Positions 25,904 to 34,686 of a stretch of 42,474 nt of DNA are shown in pieces. Source of the stretch: Candidatus Saccharimonadales bacterium (GTDB lineage: Bacteria; Patescibacteriota; Saccharimonadia; Saccharimonadales; DASZAF01); assembly GCA_035480055.1 (NCBI GenBank), contig DATIIB010000001.1:183453-225926 (forward strand), given 5' to 3'. The notes below the pieces were generated by a model. The model was given only the letters and a program-made list of their open reading frames with translations, was not told where the DNA came from and did not search any database. Positions within the stretch are counted from its first letter, which is position 1. Each line of letters opens with the position of its first letter. A program made the translations under genes and the position numbers.

Positions 25904-26949
25904 TGGAAACAACCACGGCGCCCAGACCTCTCGTACCAGAGGATGCTGGCGTAAACATTAGCCTCCCTGAACAGCAGGAAGTTATTGATGACGCCTTTGC
26001 TCGGTTTGATACCTGGCGCAGTCAGGATCATGTTGCGCTCTATCAGGGAAAGCTGGCAGACCGGCAGCAGGCAGCGGACCGGAGTTTTGAGGACGCCTTG
26101 TTGTGTGAACGAGCGGCCGAAATTGCGGCCAGCGAAGGTCAACGCAAGAGTTTGCTCGACGCGGCGCATGAGCTAAGGCTGAACTACCTCTTTTTGGCGC
26201 CCGAAGATGTGACAGATTACAAAATGGATTTGGCTGTGCAGTTAAGCGTGGATATTATGGAAGCCAAACAGGAAGAATGGTCGCCTAATGATTTTAGCAA
26301 ACAAGTGCAACAGTTTGATCTGCAGCACCTTGTTGCTTTCTGGGAAGCAAAGCGCGCGGAAAGCGATAATCAACCGTATCGGCGAGAAATCGCTAAAGCG
26401 ATTCTGGGCGGAACCATTGCTGACTCAGCTGACGAGCTTGAGCGAATGGAAGCGCACATTATGCAATTGAGAGAAACCAATGACGCCAACAAGCGTAATC
26501 GAAGCGCTGATCTCAACGGACAAATGACAGAGTTCTTTTTATTGACTGCAATGCGTTTGAACACTCTCTTTGAAGGCTCTTTAGATCAGCTCTTCTTGCG
26601 CTCGGCGCTGGACATTGAAGATAGCAAGAATACTGCCCCGGTGGCCATTAGCGCCGATCTTTTAAGCCATCATCCCGAACAAGAGAGTGCCCATTTTATT
26701 CAAGTGAAGTCTGGGAAAAGCGACCGCAAGTACGACATAACCGAAGTGCATGTAGCTGCGAAAAGATTCAGACGCGAACCCGAGATGGCTCTCTTTTTGT
26801 TGAGAGAATTTGTAGAAGGAGCAAGTCCTATGGTCAGAAAAGAGCTGATCGGCGACTTGAACCAAATTATTGGCCTTGGCGAGAGCATTCGTGGCAAAGC
26901 ACCGAACCCGACGCTCGAAGAGCTTACCACGCCGCAGACGAGGGAATGA
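25903..26949 (+). CDS. Hypothetical protein (348 aa; helical N-terminal half, possible PD-(D/E)xK-like C-terminal region)
   Basis: ORF from METTTAPRPL. The C-terminal part contains ...TEFFLL...ISADLL(x14)FIQVKSGK. Assignment to a nuclease fold is weak inference. Confidence 0.55.
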   Translation: METTTAPRPLVPEDAGVNISLPEQQEVIDDAFARFDTWRSQDHVALYQGKLADRQQAADRSFEDALLCERAAEIAASEGQRKSLLDAAHELRLNYLFLAPEDVTDYKMDLAVQLSVDIMEAKQEEWSPNDFSKQVQQFDLQHLVAFWEAKRAESDNQPYRREIAKAILGGTIADSADELERMEAHIMQLRETNDANKRNRSADLNGQMTEFFLLTAMRLNTLFEGSLDQLFLRSALDIEDSKNTAPVAISADLLSHHPEQESAHFIQVKSGKSDRKYDITEVHVAAKRFRREPEMALFLLREFVEGASPMVRKELIGDLNQIIGLGESIRGKAPNPTLEELTTPQTRE

Positions 26950-27024
26950 GTGAAAGCATAGCATCATATTGACTAATTGTAATGTTTATGGTAATAATAG
27001 TATTAACCTAAACATTATACAAAA

Positions 27025-27849
27025 ATGATCGAATCAACACTCGCTCCAGCACCTTCGCATCCGGCTTCGGTTACTTCTGAAGCTTATGACGAGAAAGTTA
27101 CTGCCTACCGCAAAGCACTCGAATTTCATTCTTTGATTGAGCAAGACGATTTACTAGGTGAACTTAATGGTGATCCAAGAGAGAGTCTTAACCAAACGCT
27201 TACCCGTGCGCTGCTCGATGCCCAGCAGCAAAAAATGCCCGGCGTGCCACCGCTGACGCAGAAAGCACTCGAGAACTCTGGCATTCTTGGCACGACTTCA
27301 CCGGAGAAGTTCGGCAAGCATGTCTCGACCAGCTTGATCGATACAGGCCTTGCAAGCGAGTCGCAGGCACTTGCGGCGCAACTGATTGAACAATGGCGTG
27401 AGGGACAGTTTGAGCGTATCGTCACAGGCCGTGACGCCAAGGGCGAAGAGAAGTGGTACTACAATGCCGAGCCGGTTGTACATTTTCCGCCGATTGAGGA
27501 CTGGCCGTTGCACCGTGTATTGGTAAAGCCGGCTCAAAATAACCAGCCACCAATGTATGCCTTGTTCCGTGTGCCGACCTTTAGCATTGCGCCGCGTATG
27601 GTTGATGGACAGCCGGTTCCCTCTGGCGCAGATCACGCGACGATTCTGCCAGCGCCGTTTATCAATGTGAGCCGCGCAAGCAATGAAACGCTTATTGAAC
27701 ACTATCAAGTACTGCAGCAACATCACGCCGCACTGCAAACTGCGAAGGCTAAGGCACTACAACCAAAGCCCGAGGTATTGCCTTCTCACTCTGAAAAGCC
27801 TTGGAAACAAAGAGCGTCACGCGTTTTGGGCATGAAAGCGATCAAGTAG
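27025..27849 (+). CDS. Hypothetical protein (274 aa)
   Basis: The ORF follows an AT-rich promoter-like spacer (TTGACT-17 nt-TAATAA at 26969-26997; CATTAT 6 nt before the ATG). I do not recognise any domain. Confidence 0.55.
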   Translation: MIESTLAPAPSHPASVTSEAYDEKVTAYRKALEFHSLIEQDDLLGELNGDPRESLNQTLTRALLDAQQQKMPGVPPLTQKALENSGILGTTSPEKFGKHVSTSLIDTGLASESQALAAQLIEQWREGQFERIVTGRDAKGEEKWYYNAEPVVHFPPIEDWPLHRVLVKPAQNNQPPMYALFRVPTFSIAPRMVDGQPVPSGADHATILPAPFINVSRASNETLIEHYQVLQQHHAALQTAKAKALQPKPEVLPSHSEKPWKQRASRVLGMKAIK

Positions 27850-27858
27850 TTCAAAAAC

Positions 27859-27885
27859 TTAGCACTCTTCCATTGACAGTGCTAA
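27859..27885 (+). promoter_or_regulatory. CIRCE operator (HrcA binding site) of groES-groEL
   Basis: TTAGCACTC-N9-CAGTGCTAA matches 17 of 18 positions of the consensus TTAGCACTC-N9-GAGTGCTAA. Confidence 0.85.
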
Positions 27886-27901
27886 CGTCATTTGGCATAT
27901 T
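27873..27901 (+). promoter_or_regulatory. groES promoter overlapping CIRCE
   Basis: TTGACA (27873-27878), a 17-nt spacer, then CATATT (27896-27901). Confidence 0.55.
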
Positions 27902-27941
27902 AGAAGTGCCTAGATGAAATGTAATGGAGGAGACACTGCTC

Positions 27942-28208
27942 ATGAGCGTGAAGATTAATCCGCTTGACGATCGTATCGTAGCCCAACGGCTCGTAGCCCA
28001 GACCAAGACCGCTTCTGGTCTCTATTTGCCTGATAGCGCGCAGGAAAAACCTAAAGCTGCCAAAGTGGTTGCCGTGGGTCCTAAAGTAAAAGGCGTAAAA
28101 GTGGGCGACCACATTCTGTACAAAGAATACAGCGCCACTGAGGTCAAGATTGACCGCGATGAATACCTGATTGTCAAAGAAGAAGACGTGCTCGCCACGG
28201 TCAAATAA
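27942..28208 (+). CDS. groES: Co-chaperonin GroES
   Basis: GGAGGAG RBS. MSVKINPLDDRIVAQR...TASGLYLPDSAQEKP contains the mobile loop. Confidence 0.95.
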   Translation: MSVKINPLDDRIVAQRLVAQTKTASGLYLPDSAQEKPKAAKVVAVGPKVKGVKVGDHILYKEYSATEVKIDRDEYLIVKEEDVLATVK

Positions 28209-28222
28209 AGAGGAGAAGAGTA

Positions 28223-29875
28223 ATGGCTAAAAAAGTATTTTACGATGATGATGCTCGCCGCCGTGTACTCGGTGGCGCCAAAGCACTGTTCGACGCAGTG
28301 AAGGTAACCATGGGGCCAAAAGGCCGCAATGTGGTTATCAACAAAAGTTACGGTGCGCCAACCGTCACTCACGATGGGGTGACCGTTGCCAAGGCTGTTG
28401 ACCTGCCCGAAGAAGACAATGATGAGCTTGGTTTTAAAGTTGGCGCTGAGCTGATTAAACAAGCCGCGAACAAAATGAACGACGTCGCTGGTGATGGTAC
28501 CACTACCGTGACCGTGTTGACATACCACATTCTGAACGAGGCTAATCGCCTAATCGCTGCTGGCCACAACCCAATGGAACTTCGCAAAGGTGTGGAGCAA
28601 GCTGGGGCTGAAGTGCTCGCCAAGCTCAATCAGCTTTCAGAAGACGTGGGCGCCAAAAAGGGTCGGGTGGCTGAAGTTGCCACTATCTCGGCTGGTGATG
28701 CTGAAATCGGCAAGCTCATTGCTGATGTTATGGCCAAGATCGACCGCGACGGCGTGGTCACTGTTGAAGAAGGCCAAGGTCTCCAGATGGAATCCGAAGT
28801 TGTCGAAGGCTTTACGATGGACCGCGGTTTTGTGAGCGCCTACATGGCGACCGACACCGCACGCATGGAAGCCGTGTACGACAAACCAGCTATCCTTATT
28901 ACTGACAAGAAAATCAGTAGCGTTCAAGAATTCCTGCCAGTGCTTGAAGGCCTTGCCCAAGCTGGCAAAAAAGATCTGATGCTGATCGCCGAAGAGGTTG
29001 AAGGCGAGGCACTTGGCGTGCTCATCCTTAACAAGCTCAAGGGTACCTTCAACACCATCGCTGTAAAGGCACCTGCCTTTGGTGACCGCCGCAAGGAAAT
29101 CCTGGAAGACATTGCGGTACTGACTGGCGCAACCGTTATTAGCGAAGATCGAGGGAATACGCTTGAAAACTTTGACCTTTCGATGCTCGGTACTGCCCGC
29201 AAGGTGATTGTGACCAAAGATCAGACAACCCTGATCGAAGGTGCTGGCAAGCCAGCTGAAGTAAAGGCTCGAATTGCCCAGATCAATGGCCAGATCGACA
29301 ACGCCACCAGCGAATACGACAAAGAACAGCTGGAAAAGCGCCGCGCCGCCCTCAGCGGTAAAGTTGCTGTTATTAAAGTTGGTGGTGCGACCGAAACCGA
29401 AATTGAAGAAAAGAAATTCCGCGTGGACGACGCGGTTGCTGCAACCAAAGCGGCTTTGGATGAAGGTATCGTCCCTGGCGGCGGAGTCACTTTGGTGAAC
29501 ATCGCGACTCAGCTGACCACTGATGACACTAGTAACTCAGTTGCAGCTGGCCGCGCACTGTTAATCGCTGCGCTGAAGCAGCCATTTACTCAACTGATGC
29601 GCAATGCTGGCCTCAACGCTGACGCCTTGCTGGCGCAAGTTGAAGCTGCCAAAGTGGGACAGGGTGTAAACGTCAACGATCCTGCAGCTGGATTGAAGGA
29701 CATGAAGGCCGCTGGTGTGGTTGACCCAACTCGGGTTACCAAAGAGGCAGTCCAAAACGCTGTGTCGATTGCTGGCACCGCTATGACTATGGGCGCGCTG
29801 GTGGTAGAAATTCCTGAGAAGGAAGCACCTGCAGCCGGTGGTGGTGGCATGCCTGGCGGCATGGGGATGATGTAG
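28223..29875 (+). CDS. groEL: Chaperonin GroEL
   Basis: AKKVFYDDDARRRVLGG..., DGTTTVTVL, and the C-terminal GGM repeat (GGGGMPGGMGMM). Confidence 0.98.
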   Translation: MAKKVFYDDDARRRVLGGAKALFDAVKVTMGPKGRNVVINKSYGAPTVTHDGVTVAKAVDLPEEDNDELGFKVGAELIKQAANKMNDVAGDGTTTVTVLTYHILNEANRLIAAGHNPMELRKGVEQAGAEVLAKLNQLSEDVGAKKGRVAEVATISAGDAEIGKLIADVMAKIDRDGVVTVEEGQGLQMESEVVEGFTMDRGFVSAYMATDTARMEAVYDKPAILITDKKISSVQEFLPVLEGLAQAGKKDLMLIAEEVEGEALGVLILNKLKGTFNTIAVKAPAFGDRRKEILEDIAVLTGATVISEDRGNTLENFDLSMLGTARKVIVTKDQTTLIEGAGKPAEVKARIAQINGQIDNATSEYDKEQLEKRRAALSGKVAVIKVGGATETEIEEKKFRVDDAVAATKAALDEGIVPGGGVTLVNIATQLTTDDTSNSVAAGRALLIAALKQPFTQLMRNAGLNADALLAQVEAAKVGQGVNVNDPAAGLKDMKAAGVVDPTRVTKEAVQNAVSIAGTAMTMGALVVEIPEKEAPAAGGGGMPGGMGMM

Positions 29876-29896
29876 GACATCGATCCGCATTTTATT

Positions 29897-29924
29897 AAAA
29901 CAGCCGACTTGTTCGGCTGTTTTT
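29897..29924 (+). terminator. Terminator hairpin, repeat copy 2
   Basis: AAAACAGCCGACTTGTTCGGCTGTTTTT located 22 nt after the groEL stop. Confidence 0.8.
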
Positions 29925-30282
29925 GAGTTCCCTAATCTTCCCAGGTCGCTCTTCTTTTTTCCCAATCTCCACGGGTCCTGCCACCCGGTCCGCCCCTAAA
30001 ATTTTTGTGGGTGCACAAAACATTTTTGGGAGCTGCCCCGCCGGGCACCACCCGTTCGTTCTTGAACTTGAGAATCGGTGGTATTCAAATGTGCCGCTCG
30101 AAGAGCGGCTCTTTTATTTACTATTCTATCCATTTCCAAACAACAGACATATCGCTATTACCAACAACGAGGACAGTCCGCAGCATCCCCAACAGCCAAG
30201 AGACTGTGTGACGCCGAAAGGCGGATCTCTGTCTTTAGGCTGTTGGGGTGCGAGGAGCGTAGGGGGAGGAGGGGGGAAATCC
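29925..30282 (-). repeat. MITE-like non-coding repeat element, copy 2 (complete, inverted, with a ~70-nt internal insertion)
   Basis: 29925-30065 is the reverse complement of the distal arm of copy 1. 30135-30279 is the reverse complement of 42330-42474 with 1 mismatch and 1 indel. 30066-30133 is a unique insert with hairpin GCCGCTC-gaa-GAGCGGC. Confidence 0.7.
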
Positions 30283-30317
30283 TAAAACAAAAAACCTCTT
30301 TCAGCCCTCACGCCTCG

Positions 30318-30326
30318 TGCTACAAT
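30318..30326 (+). promoter_or_regulatory. Extended -10 (TGcTACAAT) upstream of the RND pump gene
   Basis: TGcTACAAT lies 28 nt before the ATG at 30355, with an AGGAAAAG RBS-like motif between them. Confidence 0.45.
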
Positions 30327-30354
30327 AGAGCCAACTAAGTAGGAAAAGTTATAC

Positions 30355-33216
30355 ATGTTTCACCGATCTAAGCGCACCAAAGGTGCCAAAGACGAGTCTA
30401 AGCTCACGCTTTTTCAGCGCTACGGACTCTTCTTTTTTAATCATACTCGAGTCACTTTATTACTATGGGTCTTGCTGACCTCCTTTGGCGTGGCGTGTTA
30501 TACGACGTTCATGCAGCGCGAAGGATTCCCGAACGTGGCCGGGCCGTACAGTACGGTCAGCGGCACCTATTTTGTGAACAATAAAGAAAGAGTGGACCGC
30601 GAAGTTGCCAAGCCGCTTGCGCAGGCAGTGGCCAAACTCGGTGACGTCAAACAGGTGAGCAGCCAAGCTGGCGACAATTTTTTCTCACTGCAGATTGAAT
30701 TTAAAGACAAAGTGGTAGCTACCGATGGTAACAGTGAAGTGCAGCGGACTATTAGCGATCAGCACCTGTTGCCAACTGGCGCCAAGGCAGACTTTAAGCC
30801 ACTCTTTATTAGTAAGTTGACCCCAGATGGCGATGACATGCTGATTTCGATCTCCAGTGATCAGCTCAACTCTCAACAGCTGCAGCAAAAAGCTGACACG
30901 ATCGCCACCGCACTTGGCCAAGGTGGAAGCGCCGCAATTGACGGAGCTGAGCGAGTCAAAGCAAGCGAGACATTCCGAACCGGCAACGACCCCGAAACCG
31001 GTAAATCCGTATCTGAACAAAAAAGTTTTGACTGGATCGCGACTTCACAAGACGGCAAAGTAACCTTTGCGCCATCGATCTTGGTGGCTGTGCAAGCCAA
31101 AAAAGGCGTCGACATTCTGCACTTAGACGATGCGGCGCAAAAGAGTTTGCAGACCTTGCGTAATGACCCGCAATACTCGGGTCTCAAATTTACGGTGGCC
31201 GCGGACTTTGCGGAAAGCATTCGCACGCAGGTGAGTGGCTTGCAAGATAACTTGCTGGGCGGTTTAATTGCGGTGCTGGTGGTGAGCTTCCTGCTGATTA
31301 GTTTTCGTGCGTCGCTGATTACGGCTATCTCGATGAGTACGGTGCTGGCGATTACCGTTGGGGCGCTGTATGTGTTTGGCTATACCTTAAATACGATCAC
31401 ATTGTTCTCGCTGATTCTCTGTTTGGGCTTGATTGTTGATGACACGACCATTGTGGTGGAGGCGATTGATAAAGGTCGGCGCAGTGGGGCAAGGGCCCAC
31501 GAAGTGGTGGCCACGGCACTTAAAAAAGTAGCTTTGGCGAGTACAGCAGGCACCTTGATGACCATGATGGGTTTTGCGCCACTGCTCTTTATTAGCGGTA
31601 TCATGGGGCAATTCATTCACGCCATTCCGGTGACGATTATTACCAGTTTGGCAGTATCGCTGCTGGTCTCGATCACATTGATTCCATTCCTGGCCCGCTT
31701 TACCTTGCTGCGCGGCGAGGCCAAAAAACTCAGCAACCCAATTAGTAAACTGGAAACCGCGACCGCTCACGGGCTGTCGCAGCTGGTACGTCGCGTGGGA
31801 AAATCGCGCAAACAAGGCGTGGCGATTGGGCTTACCGCAATTTTGCTCAGCTTTATCATGCTGGGTGCAGGTGCCTACTTTGCGGGCAAGTTGAAATTTG
31901 ATATCTTCCCACCCACTAAAGATAGTGATGCGGTGTTGGTGGACATGAGTTTTGCGCCCGGAAGCACCATTACTGCATCACAGGCAACCAGTGCGCGGGC
32001 CAATCAGATTATTAGCGATACCATTGGGCAATATGTTCGCCGCGTTTCTTACCAGGGTTCTGGTTCGGATTCTGATGCGCATATCACCGTCGATCTGGTT
32101 TCGTTCAAAAAGCGTGATCCGACCTCGCCTGAGCTGGCGCAACAGTTGCAGGACAAATTTGCCAACTTTACAGGCGCCAAAGTGCAGGTTCATGCCGACG
32201 CTGGTCCCGCACCAGCTGGCAGCTTCACCATGCAAGTTCGTAGCGAAGATAGCACCAAGTCCAAGCAGTTGGCCACCGCTATCCAAGAGTACCTGGAAGG
32301 CCGTGAGCTCAAACGGCCCAACGGCACAGTTGCCCACATCCACAATGTGGAAGTGAGTGGTAGTAACTCCATTCAACGCGATAATGGCGTTCGCTATTTG
32401 CAGATCGACGGTAGTTTTGACGCTGACGATACCTCCACGCTGGTGCCGATTACGCAAGATTTGCTCAAAAAAGGGTTTGATAACGACCGCGTGCAGCGCC
32501 AGTTTGGCTTGGACGGCAGCGCATTAAAGTACGATGTTGGGCAAGAATCGCAAAACCAAGATTCGTTTAAGAGTATGTTGATCGCCTTTCCAATCCTGTT
32601 AGTAGCTATGTATATCCTGTTGGCCATTCAGTTCCGCTCAACTTCGCAGCCGCTGATGATCTTCTTGGCTATTCCGTTTAGCTTCTTTGGAGTCACGGCT
32701 GGGCTGTACTTTACGCACAACTCCTTTAGCTTCTTTACGATGCTGGCGATCTTTGCGCTGCTGGGGATTGCGGTGAACAATACGATTCTTCTCACCGATT
32801 ATGCCAACCAGGGACGCAAACGCGGCCTTCGGCGCAGCGAGGCCATGGCTTCGGCACTTGAGGAACGCTTCCGTCCGCTGCTTACCACCTCGCTGACCAG
32901 TGTTGTAGCGCTGATCCCATTGGCGCTGAGCGATCCATTCTGGGAAGCCCTCGCTTTTACCTTGATCTTTGGATTACTCTCTAGTACCTTCTTGGTGGTG
33001 GTTGCCTTCCCGTACTACTACCTGGGTAACGAATTGATTCGGTCGCGCTTTAACCGCTGGCGAGCAATTGGCTGGCTGGTGCTGTTGATTGTGGGCGGTG
33101 TCGCTGTCAGCAAGCTGGTGGGCAAAGCAGCTGGGAACGGCTTTATGCTGGGCTACATTTTGCTCACCATTGCTTTCCTGATCGGCCGGGCGGTAAAACG
33201 TCGCCGCAATAGGTAG
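30355..33216 (+). CDS. RND superfamily efflux transporter permease (AcrB/AcrD/AcrF-like)
   Basis: 953 aa with a 12-TM layout and two large extracytoplasmic loops. It has the LIVDDTTIVVEAI motif in TM4 and a duplicated half-structure. Confidence 0.85.
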   Translation: MFHRSKRTKGAKDESKLTLFQRYGLFFFNHTRVTLLLWVLLTSFGVACYTTFMQREGFPNVAGPYSTVSGTYFVNNKERVDREVAKPLAQAVAKLGDVKQVSSQAGDNFFSLQIEFKDKVVATDGNSEVQRTISDQHLLPTGAKADFKPLFISKLTPDGDDMLISISSDQLNSQQLQQKADTIATALGQGGSAAIDGAERVKASETFRTGNDPETGKSVSEQKSFDWIATSQDGKVTFAPSILVAVQAKKGVDILHLDDAAQKSLQTLRNDPQYSGLKFTVAADFAESIRTQVSGLQDNLLGGLIAVLVVSFLLISFRASLITAISMSTVLAITVGALYVFGYTLNTITLFSLILCLGLIVDDTTIVVEAIDKGRRSGARAHEVVATALKKVALASTAGTLMTMMGFAPLLFISGIMGQFIHAIPVTIITSLAVSLLVSITLIPFLARFTLLRGEAKKLSNPISKLETATAHGLSQLVRRVGKSRKQGVAIGLTAILLSFIMLGAGAYFAGKLKFDIFPPTKDSDAVLVDMSFAPGSTITASQATSARANQIISDTIGQYVRRVSYQGSGSDSDAHITVDLVSFKKRDPTSPELAQQLQDKFANFTGAKVQVHADAGPAPAGSFTMQVRSEDSTKSKQLATAIQEYLEGRELKRPNGTVAHIHNVEVSGSNSIQRDNGVRYLQIDGSFDADDTSTLVPITQDLLKKGFDNDRVQRQFGLDGSALKYDVGQESQNQDSFKSMLIAFPILLVAMYILLAIQFRSTSQPLMIFLAIPFSFFGVTAGLYFTHNSFSFFTMLAIFALLGIAVNNTILLTDYANQGRKRGLRRSEAMASALEERFRPLLTTSLTSVVALIPLALSDPFWEALAFTLIFGLLSSTFLVVVAFPYYYLGNELIRSRFNRWRAIGWLVLLIVGGVAVSKLVGKAAGNGFMLGYILLTIAFLIGRAVKRRRNR

Positions 33217-33247
33217 ATCTGAGTCCTAGACACCTATCTTGGTTGGA

Positions 33248-33256
33248 TGATACATT
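33248..33256 (+). promoter_or_regulatory. Extended -10 (TGaTACATT) 6 nt before the ATG at 33263 (leaderless)
   Basis: TGaTACATT, then actaca, then ATG. There is no SD. Confidence 0.45.
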
Positions 33257-33262
33257 ACTACA

Positions 33263-34618
33263 ATGTTTGAACAAGGCGATACATTTTATACTGGCAGTCA
33301 GCAGCCGGAGCAACTGGATTCATATCAACCAAGAGCCGACGACACTGCGGCTACGCAACCATCTATGGAAGATGAGCAGGCAGGTCTGGCCGCGCAGCAG
33401 GATAAGCTGTCGCTTCCGCCGGAAGCCGTCTTGAAAGACGAGTCTCCTCTGGGACCAGGGCGAAAGAGCGACCAGACACCTGTGGACGCGGCTGAATCTT
33501 TAGAAGCCCAAGCCCCACCTTTAGCCCAGGGTGGCGGAGGAGATATGCTGCCACCGCCTGGAGATAGAATCCCTCCACCATCTGACGACGATGGTGAGAA
33601 TGGTGATGATGAGAGCGAAGAAAGGTTCGAGATAGCAGAAACGTTCGTCCAGCCCGGAGATATCATTGCTGAGCGTAGATTGGTCAATGGAACTCCTGTA
33701 ACGGCTGTATTGTTTACGGGTGATGTGGATCAAGCTCCAGAAGTCGCTGCGGCTGTCGTAGATTGCGACGTGGTTATTATCACCCCAGTGATGGATGCAT
33801 ATGCGGATGAAGAGCATCGTCAGGATCATGAAGAGAAGTGCAACGAACTGGCATCTCGCACAGCCGATCCCTTTTGGCGTGGAGTAGTCGCAGAAGCCGC
33901 TGCTGAGCACCAGATACAAGAAGCTGCTATTGCGTCGGAGCTGCGAGATACAGATAAACGCATTAAGATAGTTGCTCTTACCAACGAAGATTATCGCCAG
34001 GCGAATATTCCCGACTATAGCAATACTGGCCCAGAGCTCACTGCTAAGACAACCTCTGATATCCCTCCGCTCGAAGAGGTGCGGGCGTCGTTGTACCGGC
34101 TTGCTGAGTTTCATGCTCAAGTAGCACATTTGGAAGCGGCAAAATTATCAGGTGAAGTACAAGAAGTATTGGAGGAGGCTGGACGACGCGGGCAATCAGT
34201 TGGAGTAGTGATGTCGTCTGCGCTTCATTGCGAACTTATTGATGTTCTGGGCGGAGAAGCTTCCCGAGAGAGCCCCATTTCTTTACCAGAGCTCGCCGAG
34301 CAAGCCCTGGAGCAAATGGCGCGTCCGAGGATCGCTGCATTGCAGGGTGACATTAAACGGACCGTGCAGCTTATCGATAGATCTGTCTTTGCTTTGTATA
34401 CAAGATATGGTGCCATGAGCCTTGGTGAGTCTGAAGAGATATTTACCGCTATTGGTGAGTTTGCGTCAGTGATTGATGTACCAAGCATGGGGCAGGCTCT
34501 GAATGACCTGGGCCCTCAGCTCGCTGCTCCTGATCTCTTGCTTGAGGAAAAAGCACGTATTACAGCAAATTTTGCCACTCCCATACTTGCAACAATGCGC
34601 GAGCGAGGCTTCTTATAG
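33263..34618 (+). CDS. Leader-module family protein, tandem paralog 1 (unknown ~300-aa C-terminal domain)
   Basis: Contains MFEQGDT, AATQPSMEDEQA, LPPEAVLKDE, PPLAQGGGGDMLPPPGD and DDDGENGDDESEE. The C-terminal domain is shared with the next two genes (CDVVIITP...CNEL...SVGVVM...FATPILATMRERGFL). Confidence 0.75.
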   Translation: MFEQGDTFYTGSQQPEQLDSYQPRADDTAATQPSMEDEQAGLAAQQDKLSLPPEAVLKDESPLGPGRKSDQTPVDAAESLEAQAPPLAQGGGGDMLPPPGDRIPPPSDDDGENGDDESEERFEIAETFVQPGDIIAERRLVNGTPVTAVLFTGDVDQAPEVAAAVVDCDVVIITPVMDAYADEEHRQDHEEKCNELASRTADPFWRGVVAEAAAEHQIQEAAIASELRDTDKRIKIVALTNEDYRQANIPDYSNTGPELTAKTTSDIPPLEEVRASLYRLAEFHAQVAHLEAAKLSGEVQEVLEEAGRRGQSVGVVMSSALHCELIDVLGGEASRESPISLPELAEQALEQMARPRIAALQGDIKRTVQLIDRSVFALYTRYGAMSLGESEEIFTAIGEFASVIDVPSMGQALNDLGPQLAAPDLLLEEKARITANFATPILATMRERGFL

Positions 34619-34670
34619 AGCTTGTCGTGAGTAATACAGCGGTAGTTTCATAGATTCTTTCTCTGTGAAA

Positions 34671-34679
34671 TGGTATATT
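34671..34679 (+). promoter_or_regulatory. Extended -10 (TGgTATATT) 7 nt before the ATG at 34687 (leaderless)
   Basis: TGgTATATT, then gctcact, then ATG. Confidence 0.45.
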
Positions 34680-34686
34680 GCTCACT

